20,000 nucleotides of DNA from positions 60,218-80,217 of the forward strand of contig RBNJ01000002.1 in NCBI GenBank assembly GCA_003990765.1. The letters run 5' to 3'. The translations under genes and the position numbers were made by a program. Shown piece after piece: positions 1 to 10,391 of the stretch. The stretch's first letter is position 1. The number at the start of each line of letters is the position of its first letter. This DNA comes from Jimgerdemannia flammicorona. Lineage: Eukaryota. Below the pieces are notes generated by a model. That model did not search any database, was not told where the DNA came from, and saw only the letters and a list, made by a program, of their open reading frames with translations.

Positions 1-161
1 TAAGTTTGTTATAAGCAAGTTCTTATTGGAGTAGTACTCCCAACAAATCAAATCAAATCAAATTTGGCCCAAACTCGATTTGATTCAATCGAATCAAGGG
101 TCTAATTCAATTCGATTCAAATCAAATCAAAGGTCCAATTTAATTTGAAGTTCAATTCAAA

Positions 162-316
162 CCTTAATTTTCAAAATGTAATAACTCGACGAACACTCAT
201 CCAAATTTAACATATTTTAGCTTGTTAGATTCACCATATTAATGTGATTCTAATAAGCTAAAGTATGTTAGATTTGGATGAGTTTACGCTGAGTTATTGC
301 ATTTTGAAAATTAGGG
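162..316. repeat. Central long inverted repeat (hairpin) inside the MITE
   Basis: Arm 162-234 matches the reverse complement of 244-316 (~73 bp, 9-nt loop CATATTAAT). Mismatches are mostly C/T or G/A transitions, plus one transversion and one divergent ~7-nt patch. Confidence 0.9.
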
Positions 317-396
317 TTCGAATCAGACCCTCAATTCAATTTGACTTTTGATTCGATTCGAATTGATTTGAATTGAAAAATCCCCAATTCAATTCG

Positions 397-448
397 ACTT
401 GTTTAACCCTCAATTCGATTCAACTTGTTTAACCCTCAATTCGATTCA
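397..448 (+). repeat. 26-bp tandem duplication in the MITE right subterminal region
   Basis: ACTTGTTTAACCCTCAATTCGATTCA at 397-422 and 423-448. Confidence 0.9.
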
Positions 449-1016
449 ATTCAAATTGATTTGACTTGTTTGGGAGTACTATATTGGAGTACCTTTTCAA
501 GATCTTATAGTCCTCAAACTTCTTATTTTTAAACTGTCTTGTTATCTCTTAGATTGCTCATAAGGAATTTGTATATAAGTGAACCAGAACTGACTTTATT
601 TCAGAGGAAATAAGAGGAGTATTTATACAAAATATAATTCAATAGTTGTTAAGATATAAAGCTAAATATAAATTCTAATAACTAAAATGAAATGTCAGAA
701 CAAGAAAAACTACTAAGTTCCAGGGTCAGTACTGATAGTTATATAGGTTCAGAATGCTGGTATAATTTTGATAGTACAGGAAAATAGTGCTGGAATAATT
801 CAGTGTTATCTCAGAATATCAGTGCTGACATAATTTGGTATCATATCAAAATACCAGTACTGGTATAACTCAGTGTAACTAAAGAACTTCAGAGCAGAAT
901 ATTCAAGACTATAGGGGCTTCATCTTTATCAGAGGTCAGAATGTCTTTGAAGAAGATGAGATCTGCAAATTTATCATTATTGTGTACTTCATGTATATTG
1001 TATAGGATAACATCAT

Positions 1017-2068
1017 CTACTCAGCTCTTCTAGTACTTCTAACAAATCCTCCTTCTTCTCCTCCTCACTTCTCTTCACCCTTATTATCTTACATATAAAG
1101 GCCCCCCACACTATTACTGATGACCAATTATAAGTCTTCTCAATAGCCTCCCTTCTAGTCAGCTGAAGCCAGATATCAATATCTCTTATTCTGAATGAGA
1201 TCCCTTCTCAGATTCAAAACTCAATATTGACTACTTCCTCATACTCAGCCATAATCTCCTCTACTCTTCTCCTCATCTCTATAGTAGTTACTATGGATAC
1301 TCCTTTTATCAGAAGTTGCACCATCCTGAGATCCTATTTTAAGCATCATACCATCAGAATATATATCTCCCCAACAGTCAGCTCTGCCTTCAGTATAACC
1401 TCTAATAGCTTAGCCTCTTTAAAACCCACCTCTACTCCTTTCAAACTCCTTAAAAACTTCACAGATACTATATTATCTATCTGCTTAGCAATTAGCTCCA
1501 AGACTATTTTCACTATCACTACTAAGCCTCAGAAGTACAGAGTGACTATAAACTCCAAGATTGACTTCTTAAGTAATGAGACTATTACCAGGCCTATCAC
1601 ACCATCTACCAGATCCCTCATTCAGCTAGGCCCTATCTTCCTAGCCTTACTATCAGTAGTTATATTTGGATTTTTTTTTTTCAAATTACTAGTTACTACT
1701 CTATTAATAGTTATGCTCCCAGTTACTATACCATCAGCCCTTCTATCAGATACTTCCAAGAGAGTCTCTTCTAGCCTCCCAGCAGCAGCCTTCCCCTTAC
1801 CACTCTATAGCTATCCATCTAGTCTAGCCACCAGACCCCCCTGCTTAATCTTCTTAGCAAAGCTCATCTGATTTCTCCCTGGCTGTATATTACCTCCTCC
1901 TCTACCACTACTGACCTCTCTTTCACTTACCAAAGTACTTGACATCTCCAACCCTACTCTCTGACTCCTCTCTACATGCTGCCAGCTAAATGCACTAGGG
2001 CTACCCTATTTAGTATACTCCATAGAACTCTAATTTGAGAATATGTTCTTAAGATATTTCTCCAAAGA
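1017..2068 (-). mobile_element. 5' fragment (5'UTR plus N-terminal ORF1) of a degenerate L1/Tx1-like LINE
   Basis: Colinear homology to 7815-8850: CTACTCAGCTCTTC at 1017 and ~7815; GCCAGCTAAATGCACTAGGGCTACCC at 1981 vs GCCAGTCAAATGTGCTAGGGCCACCC at 8766. Minus-strand reading from ATG at 2023 gives MEYTK*GSPSAFSWQHVER, with in-frame stops. Confidence 0.8.
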
Positions 2069-2069
2069 A

Positions 2070-3090
2070 TGGTATAAAAGTAGATAATATATATTTATAT
2101 AATATAAAGTATATCAGAAAGAGTTGCTGCTTAAATAATATCTTTAATTATTTACTCAAGCTCTATATCTTGATCTATTTTCTTAGATATAGTTTTACTT
2201 TCTATAGTTACTTCTCTCTATTCTTCTATAGACTTTTCTACTATATTCTTTTTGAGTCTTTCTAGTAGTCTTTTATACAGCTTTTTGTAGATATTCTTTT
2301 TAAATATTAGAGTAGAATAGACATCTTATTTCTGCTCTTTCTCTAAATCTTCAATCTCTTTAAAAGATATAGTAAAAGATATTAGAGAAAGAGATCACTG
2401 TCTAGTCTGAAAGTTTATTATCACTATAGATAAAAAGAGAGATACCTACTATACTTATAGAGAAGAAGATTACTACTCCTATAAATATATAAATAAGATC
2501 AAGCATAAGGCTCAGTTAAGTAATATTATTACAAATTATAAATAGACTAATACTATTACTTCTAAATATAGTTATTTAAGTAAATTTTTTAATAAGTTTC
2601 TTTATAAAATCACTATTCTTCTACTACTCTATAGCTTTTGACTGAGATATATTTTAGTTAATTATAGTTATAGAGATTATACTAGTTATCTTAGATACTT
2701 CTACTCTGACTTTAGTAACTTTCTCTATTATATAGTTTTGAAAATATTTGATTATCTAATATTACTAAGTATAAGTCACCTTTTGTAATAAATTTAGAAC
2801 TATTAGTGATAATTAAATTACTATAACTATCTCTAGGTAAATTTCTTTTATAAAAATTACTTTAATTACTTAATTTTTGATAATCTTAGTATAATCTACT
2901 AAAATTATCTAATAGTAAATTTAGATATAGTATATATATTTAGATCTTTATTTATTTTTTGATAAGTTGTATTGAATTAGTCATTCAGAGTCTACTTAAT
3001 TTTATCTATATAGTATATAGTTTATAGCTAGACCTTCTATACTATTAGTATTATATCATCATTATTTCTAATATAGTTTATAGCTATTGT
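2070..3090. other. Extremely AT/TpA-rich, CpG-free degenerate repeat-derived DNA
   Basis: Dense TATA/TAG/CTA motifs, no CG seen, no ORFs; the original identity is not recoverable by eye. Confidence 0.6.
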
Positions 3091-3099
3091 TAAATATAC

Positions 3100-6000
3100 A
3101 GTCTCTCTTCCACTATCTGATCCCCATAGGGGGGCCCCTCCCTACTCCTATCCAAGCAAAGACTATCTTCTCTCCCACTACTCCTACCCTTCTCCCACTC
3201 TGCCTATAAATTTTCTCCATCAATTGATGCCTCTGATCCCCCTGTATCTCCCAACCAAGCCACCAGCCTATCAATATGTCTTCTATAAGGCTATGCCATC
3301 ACAGCAGCCAGACCTCCAAGCCCAGTCTCCTCTTATCCTTGAAAACAAATAACCAGTATCTGGCCAATCCTACCCAAATGGCCAGAGTCCAGCCTAGCAT
3401 GAGTCATTCCTTTCTCACCCCCCCCACCAGTCTGTCTCTCAAATCCTCCCACCACTCCCATATGCCAGTTCCCCTGTACCTTACTCCCAAATAATCTCCA
3501 ACAGTCTGCCAAAAGTCACTAAGTACCTCACACTCCCCTAGCCAATGTTCAGGCATCTGCATATAACCCCCTACCTGTCTTACATTATAGTACTTCTCAC
3601 ATTCGAAGCAACCTCCCTCAACAAGGTGACCCAAGCAGTAATTGAACATGACATTCCTCCTCAGCATATACCACCAAGTCACCCAGTACTTCAGCAGCAT
3701 CCATCTTCTCACCTCAGCACTCCATGTCCAAATGCTATGCCAGTCCTACTCCTTGCCAATTCCTACACCTTGCCAACCACTGGGCCACAGATTCTGGCTC
3801 AGTCCCCTCTAGCAATCTATCCCATCACTAATGTCAAACTCAAGTAATGGGTTGCCATCCAGCAGTATCTGGTCCTATCTCTATATCCCTGGGTCTCAAT
3901 CTACCTCTTCTTCATTTCTCTGCCAATGGATTCTGATGTAGTGCACCCTCTCTGCTATCCCCCACCAAAAACCTTTGTATCACAATTGATTAGTATTCTG
4001 AAGTCCAACCAAAGATAAGAGATCTCCAGTTGAGCCTCTTGGCGAGGACCTCCTCTTCCAAACCTTCTGCAATAGGGGAACTCAACCACCCCCTCTCAAC
4101 TCTACAGCTCTCTTCAACTACCAAACCCTCAAGCAGTATAGCCTTTTCAGAAAGTCAACCAGTCCCAGTCCACCACTTGCCACTGGTAAGAACAAGACTT
4201 CCTAGCTTATCTAACTCCTCCTTCTAGCCCAGATCTATCTCTTGGCTAGCTTCATTAGTCTCTTCACTACTCAGGATAGAAAGTTCAGATGATACATCAG
4301 ATACCACAACTTCAGTATCCAGTAGATGTTCATAATTGTAACATGCCCTGTCAGAGACAATTGACAGCCCCCCCAACTCTGCAGGGCCTCTCTCCAGATT
4401 CCAACCTACTGCTCCCACTAAAGCCTGAGTAGTACTGACCCATATACTAATAAATAGATACCCAAGTACTGCACTGTCTCACCAGCAGAGACAATTGTTC
4501 CAATAACCTCCCTGCTCACCAGACCATTGCCTAATACTATTGTTTTGCATTTATACCAATTAAGTCTTGCCCCAGAGTTCTCCTCATACCACTCTACTGT
4601 CTCCTTAAGCTTCTCAATATCAGTAATTGATCCCAGTCTGACCACTATATCATCCACAAAGACCCCTACCTTCCACCCAATGCCAAAGATAGAGAGCCCC
4701 ACTATCTTCCACCTGATTCTATCCAGTAGCAGTTCCAGAGAAAGGGCATATAGAATGGGGAACAATGGGTCCCCCTAGAGCACTCCCCTACCCAAGGGAA
4801 ATGCCACCCCTCAATGTCTATTATATATGAGTACCACCCTACTTCCTTCCAGTAGACTGACCATTGCTAACTGGAACTAGTGCAGAACCCTGGTCCTATC
4901 TAAAACTTTTACCAGCCAGACTCACCTCACCTGGTCATAAGTGTTCTCCTGGTCCAAAAAGACCAGGCACCCATCCAATCCACAAGCTTGTGCCCCTTCA
5001 ATAACTCCATGTACCCAGGCTGTGCCATCCCTAATGAGCTATCTCCCTACAAAGCCCCTCTGCTCAATGTCTAAGATTTGCTGTACTACCTTTTGTAGTC
5101 TCACAACCACTATCTTAGTAACCAACTTTCTGTCCATACCCAGAAACATAATTGGTCTCCAGTTCCTCTAGTTCTCTTGCCTTCCTTTGTTCTTATAGAG
5201 CAATGTTACCAACTTCAGATTCTATTCCCCCACCCATCTCTCTGTCTGTAGAATAAGATCACACAATACTGTCATCTCACTCAGTACTCCTGAGATCCTG
5301 ATCATCTTCTTCCAGAAGTCTCAGGGCAAACCATCTTCTCCAGATGTCATACCCAGCATTGTTGCAGCAAGAACCTGGCAGATCTCCTCCTCTTGGACTG
5401 GCAACACCAAGTTGCTCATCCTATCTACTCATGGAGATTGCCAATCTTCTAATATATAGCCAATAGCATTGGCATCTACCCCACTCTCCTTTTCACTCCA
5501 CAATCTACTCCAGTGTATCTTTAAAGATCTAAGAATGTTTTGAATACTATGAACCAGAGTACCATTAGAGTCAAGCACTCTCTCCTATCTTTGTTGCACC
5601 CTCCTCACCTAAAGGGCCCTCATGAGATACTTAGAGGGCCTCTCTCCTTCTTCCAAACCCTACCAATGTAGCCATGCTGCCAAGCTCTACACCCTTGCTT
5701 CTTCCTCCTTCTGCAATACCTGTTATAGTTCACCAACCTTCTTCTTCATCCTTATTGACCTCCAGTTCTCCTCTCCCTCCAGTATTACCAATCTTGCCCA
5801 ATCTCCCAAGAGTCTAGACAGTCTACTAGAAGCCCATCTCACCCTTCACCTCCTCTGTTTCCCAGCCTTCCTGCCAGCCTCACTCCAGTATATCCTGGCT
5901 ATCTCCTTTATTCTCATCCACTGAACACCAACTGGGGCACCTTTCTATCTCCGACACTCTATCTATAGTTGAATGTCTGCAGCCCACCCATTCCACCAGA

Positions 6001-6760
6001 TTCTATCATCTTATCCAATAAGGAGAAATTGAGGTACCAATGTCCAGGCCCATCCCCACTTCCCCCAAACTGTCTCTGTCTGAAAATTCCCCAATGATCT
6101 GACCAAGGACACTATTCCACCTCCAGTGACCTCCAAACATCCATGCCCCAGTAGCTGGCTATCAGAATCCAATCAATTCTTGTCTCCAAGCCCCCTGTCC
6201 AATGTGTGTATACTCTCCTATCCTCTCAGCACTTCCTACCTATATCTACCAAAGCACTCAGCCTTTCCACTTCCTCTCATACTATCAGTCCTCCACTCTA
6301 ACCCTCAGCTTCTTATCCTCTATCTGTCCTGTCTAACAGTACATCTCGAATCATATTAAAGTCTCTACCAAGTATATCTACCCCAGTCTCTGCAAGTATC
6401 TCACTCTCTTAAAGACTCTTCACCCAGTCCACACACTCATCTCATACAGCAGGGCAGTAACAAGAGCCTACTGTGATTGGCTCCTGTCCAGTATATATCC
6501 ACTTGCCCCAGACCAGTCTATTTCCCTAGCTCTACATATCCCTTATCTCCCCTCTGTCTTTTTGTATCAGAATCCCAACCTTGTCCTTCCAAACTACCTC
6601 ACCTCTCCATTCCTTCATCTATTCCAGTTTATCCAAATTATCTTCACACTGAACATTCTGCAAGAGGAAGAGATCAGCCTTCAATCTCTTCAGCCAAGTA
6701 AAAATATTCCTTTATTGAGAAGTACTCTGTAACCTATTTATATTTAGTGAAAAATGTTGG
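3100..6760 (-). pseudogene. LINE ORF2 remnant: AP endonuclease - reverse transcriptase - zinc finger
   Basis: Minus-strand motifs read manually. APE: NIFTWLKRLKADLFLLQ (~6660-6710), ILGRDFN (~6355-6375), TRIDWI (~6165-6183), WSDH (~6095-6105), GPGHWYLNFSLL (~6018-6052). RT: SGEDGLP (~5325-5345), NWRPI (~5150-5165), EQRGFV (~5048-5065), FLDQENTYD (~4933-4960), RGVL*GDPLFPILY, FVDD (~4650-4660), SGARLN, QYLGI. C-terminal CFEC...EHWLGEC (~3530-3610). Confidence 0.92.
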
Positions 6761-6789
6761 TTATACTATTTATATTAAAGTATGGTGTG

Positions 6790-8810
6790 TTTATCCAGTC
6801 TATCTCTACTGCTCTAAGTTCATCTCTTCCTATACCATGTCCAGATTATATTCTGCAGTCACTGCCTCCTCTTCAGCCCTCTGAGCCTCCAATCCAGCCA
6901 ACAGCTCATTCATCTCACTATCTGCCTTCTTCTCAAACTCCTCTCAGTACTCCAGACAGGCCTCCTGCCAGAGCTACAACCCATGTTACTTGGCCCAACA
7001 GTACTTGGCCCTCTCACTGGCAACTCCTGCTAGTTTGGCCTCCTACTCCTTATCCACCTTATACTCTTTCTCCTCTAGATATACTACAAGGATCTCTGCC
7101 TTCAATGCCAACTCTACACCATCTCTCTGTATTACTTGCACCCACTGTTCATCACTCATTACCCTCAAGTCCACCTCTCCCAGCTCTTCAGCTATCAGGT
7201 TATTCATCATTCTGCACATCTATAGTAGATTTTCTACTTCCTTCTCTCCTGGGGTTGCTGGTCTTCTACTATCCAATATTGTGGTATCAGCCCCAGCACT
7301 TACAGCCTCATCCTACACCTCCAGAACATCTACCAATTTCTCCTCTCCAACTGCCACCACCTGTCCCTCATTCACTACCTCAGGAATACTAAATTACACT
7401 CACTGGGCCCCCTTCATTGACACATCCTCTCCTACTCTGCTCTAGAAAGCCAGCCCTTACCTGATGAGAGGAGTAGGGATAGGTGATCCCTCCCAGTCCT
7501 CCTCTCAGACCTTGAATGTACTATCAGTATACATGTTGCCACTGGCTGCTTTTCTGTCCTCCTCTGTTCCTTTCTCTGCACTCTCATCCATCTCACTGGC
7601 CCAGACACTCACCCTGGCACCCCCCAGTTCCACCATTCCACCTACCTCCTTCTGTGGTCAACTTTCCATCTTAGCCAGTAGCTCCTTCTGATGCTTATGG
7701 CTCTGAGCTTTTTCCCATTGCCCCTTGTCTATTCTAATTCTCTTTCCATCTACCACCTCTAAGTATGTTGACTCTACAAAAGCCCTCCAAGCCTTTGCTT
7801 ACTGCTCTACCACTCTACTCAGCTCTTCCAGTATCTACAGCAAGTCCTCTTCCTCCTCTTTGCTTCCCTTCACCCTTGTCACCTTGCATAAGATTGCCCC
7901 CCAGACTATTACCGAAGGTCAGTCCCTTGTCTTCTCTGTAGCTTCTTCTCTGCCAGCTAAATCCACACATCCATATCTCTAGTCCTGAGTGAGGTCTCTT
8001 CCCAGACTCTGAACCTGATATCTACTACCTTGCCATACTCCACCATAACCTCCTTGACTCTCCTTCTCATCTCTACTATCATCACTGTAGGTACTCCTTT
8101 TACCAGCAGTTGGACTACCCTGGGGTCCTATTTCAGACAGCATGCTATTAGAATACACATCTCTCTAACAATCAATCTAATCTTCAGTGCTTTCTCCAGA
8201 GGCTTGGTCTCCTCAAAACCCACCTCTACTTCCTTCAATCCCTTTAGAAACTTCATGGATACTGCTCCAGCCACCTACTTAGCAATAAGCCCCAGTACTA
8301 TTTTCACCATTACTACTAGTCTCTGAAAGTACAACATCACCATGAATACCAAGATTAATTTCTTAAGTAACAGCACCACCACTAGACCTATTACACCATC
8401 TACCAAATCTCTCTGCCTTCCAAGCCTCAGTTGCTCAGCCATACCATCAGCTATCATATTTGGATTTTTTTCCAGATTGGTAGTCTTATCACTATCAGCC
8501 ATCACACCCCCCCCAGCCACTACTCTCCCAGCTCCACTGCTCTCACCCCCAAGCACTACTCCCCTGCAAACTATCATCATCTCCATCTCCTTGCCTTTTC
8601 TCAGTCAACCCTCCAACTTTGTTATCTGCTGTCTCTCCTTCACTATCTCTGTGAAGCTCATCCTCTCTGATCCCTGTCCTCTACTGCCACCTCTCCCTCC
8701 TCCTCATCCTCTTGCCAACAACCCCCTCATGCTACCCCCCAGGCCAGGACCTCTCTCCACCTACTGCCAGTCAAATGTGCTAGGGCCACCCTGCTCAGTA
8801 TACACTCTAG
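6790..8810 (-). pseudogene. LINE ORF1 remnant (RRM-like nucleic-acid-binding protein with G/R- and E-rich low-complexity parts)
   Basis: Lies upstream of the APE domain. Reads YTEQGGPSTFDWQ*VERG at the 5' end and VQLLVKGVPT...VKEVMVEYGKVVDIRFRVW (~8000-8115), resembling L1/Tx1 ORF1 RRM regions. Homologous to 1017-2068; interrupted by stops. Confidence 0.7.
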
Positions 8811-9164
8811 AATACTTGCTGTTTGCTATTTTCTTATCACCTTTCTCCAATAAATGACTTGAGAGTATATTGTAAAGTATATGTAATGTAAATATTAGCT
8901 GAGAAAGGTGTGAAGAACTTGAATATAGTTCATAGCTATGAATATAGCTCTTATAGAACCTTGAAGGCTAAATAATATAAGAGCTACTTGTTATACTAGT
9001 AATAGAGTTCTTATAGTAATATATTGCTCAAAATTATTAAGAAAGTAATAATTAATTCATCAGATATATATTTATAGAATACTGATAGTCTTATATCTAC
9101 CTTGTTTAGATATCTTGATTTGATTTAAATAGATATTTAAATAGTAGTAGTTATTCATTATTTA

Positions 9165-10327
9165 ATACCTCTTTCAATACTACCTTACCAGTCATAAGAT
9201 TTGGTAGGTGACCTTCTGAGTCCCCTTTCCCCTAATATTACTCCCTCTACCTTGGGTTGGTTTGCTGTGCCTGCAGGGGCATGGTGGGAGGAGGGCAATA
9301 GTGATGAGTTGCCCCTTTATCAGTATCAGATTGGTACTTCCTCCACTTTTTTGCAGATTCTAGTACCTTCAGCTACATCTGGGGTATACCCATTTTGGTG
9401 TAGCACCTTCTTCCTTTTACCATTGTCAATAAGGTGTGTATCTCAGGCTACATAGGGAGTCAGCTAACCTTGGGCATCAAGTACTCAGTATAGGTTACCT
9501 GCAGGTCTTCAGTGCCTATAGTGAGGCCCTCTGGCTTTGGTGAGCTTCCTGGCGAGCATGGTTCTGGTGTAGGTGACTGCTTTTCAGGTGTTGTTGGGAT
9601 GGGAGGAGAGATGGCTATCACAGATAGATAGAAGGATAATAACAGTGAATCAGTAGGGTATCAGGCTGGGAGTGGTCATTGGGGCTGGGACAGATGCTGC
9701 TTCAGTAGGGCCTTTTGATTGATGCGGTATGGTTAGATGGTAGGTGTCACTCTCAGCTTCTTTTGGTGGTCAGCAAGGTTGGGCCCCAGTCGTCAGAGGG
9801 GGTCAGGGGGCCTGAGGCTACCCATTTCAGGCATCTTGGCTGCACTCAACTGGAACTGAGAGCTGACATAGCAATGTGATCGAGGCCTACAGACTTGAGT
9901 AGTGGGGTATTGGGGACTTCCTCCTGTCTCATATATAAGTCCTTTACTCATCTTGACTGGGAGAACCAGGCCCTACTCACTGTATTGTGCTTTGATGAGA
10001 GTTTTTCTTTGCCTATCATTCTCTTTGGGGTGATAAGGGCTATTCTATTTGGCTCGAGCATAGCCTTGTACATATATTGGGTTCTTGGGTATGTACTTTC
10101 AGTCATTGGCATATAGTTGGATTTCCCCTAGTAGTAGGGAGAGCATGGTGTGCAGAATGAGATACAGACTACTATAGGCCCTGCTATACCTAGCATGGTC
10201 GAGCTACTGGACAATAGCTAGTCTAGATTAATGGGGGGGCAGTGCTTAGTGGGTAATGGGAGAGGGTTTTGGTCTATATAGTCTAGGTTCTCTTCCAATA
10301 AAATTCCATGGGATATGAGTCCATTAA

Positions 10328-10375
<48 letters not shown>
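9165..10375 (+). mobile_element. Poly(A)-tailed retrotransposed insertion (5'-truncated non-LTR element or retrocopy) with 15-bp TSD
   Basis: 46-nt poly(A) at 10330-10375; AATAAA at 10297-10302; direct repeat GTTATTCATTATTTA at 9150-9164 and 10377-10391. GC is higher than in the AT-rich flanks. Confidence 0.85.
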
Positions 10376-10377
<2 letters not shown>

Positions 10378-10391
10378 TTATTCATTATTTA

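Larger units (their letters stand above)
32..481. mobile_element. Non-autonomous hAT-type MITE / foldback element (450 bp)
   Basis: Terminal inverted repeats TAGTACTCCCAA (32-43) / TTGGGAGTACTA (470-481), extending imperfectly to ~23 bp. Perfect 8-bp direct repeat TATTGGAG on both sides (24-31, 482-489). An 8-bp TSD and TAG-starting TIRs are typical of hAT. Subterminal arrays of TTCAA/TCGAA/ATCAA pentamers; no ORF. Confidence 0.9.
3095..8855 (-). mobile_element. Near full-length inactive non-LTR retrotransposon (L1/Tx1 clade), ~5.8 kb
   Basis: Minus strand carries an ORF1-like region followed by APE endonuclease, reverse transcriptase and a C-terminal CCHC zinc finger in canonical order. Many stops and frameshifts; ends approximate, no clear poly(A) or TSD. 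Confidence 0.92.

Noticed and set aside
2148-2525. Weak inverted similarity between ~2148-2180 and ~2491-2525
   Set aside because: Too degenerate to distinguish from chance in TA-rich DNA without computation.
1227-8857. Long + strand Ser/Pro/Leu/Thr-rich ORFs (e.g. 1227-1871, 6754-7392, 8342-8857)
   Set aside because: Antisense shadows of the purine-rich minus-strand LINE; the recognisable motifs are all on the minus strand.
3085-8882. Possible TSD for the large LINE (TATTGTTAAATATA ~3085 vs TATTGTAAAGTATA ~8868)
   Set aside because: Imperfect, low-complexity AT match, with no poly(A) tail to anchor the 3' end.
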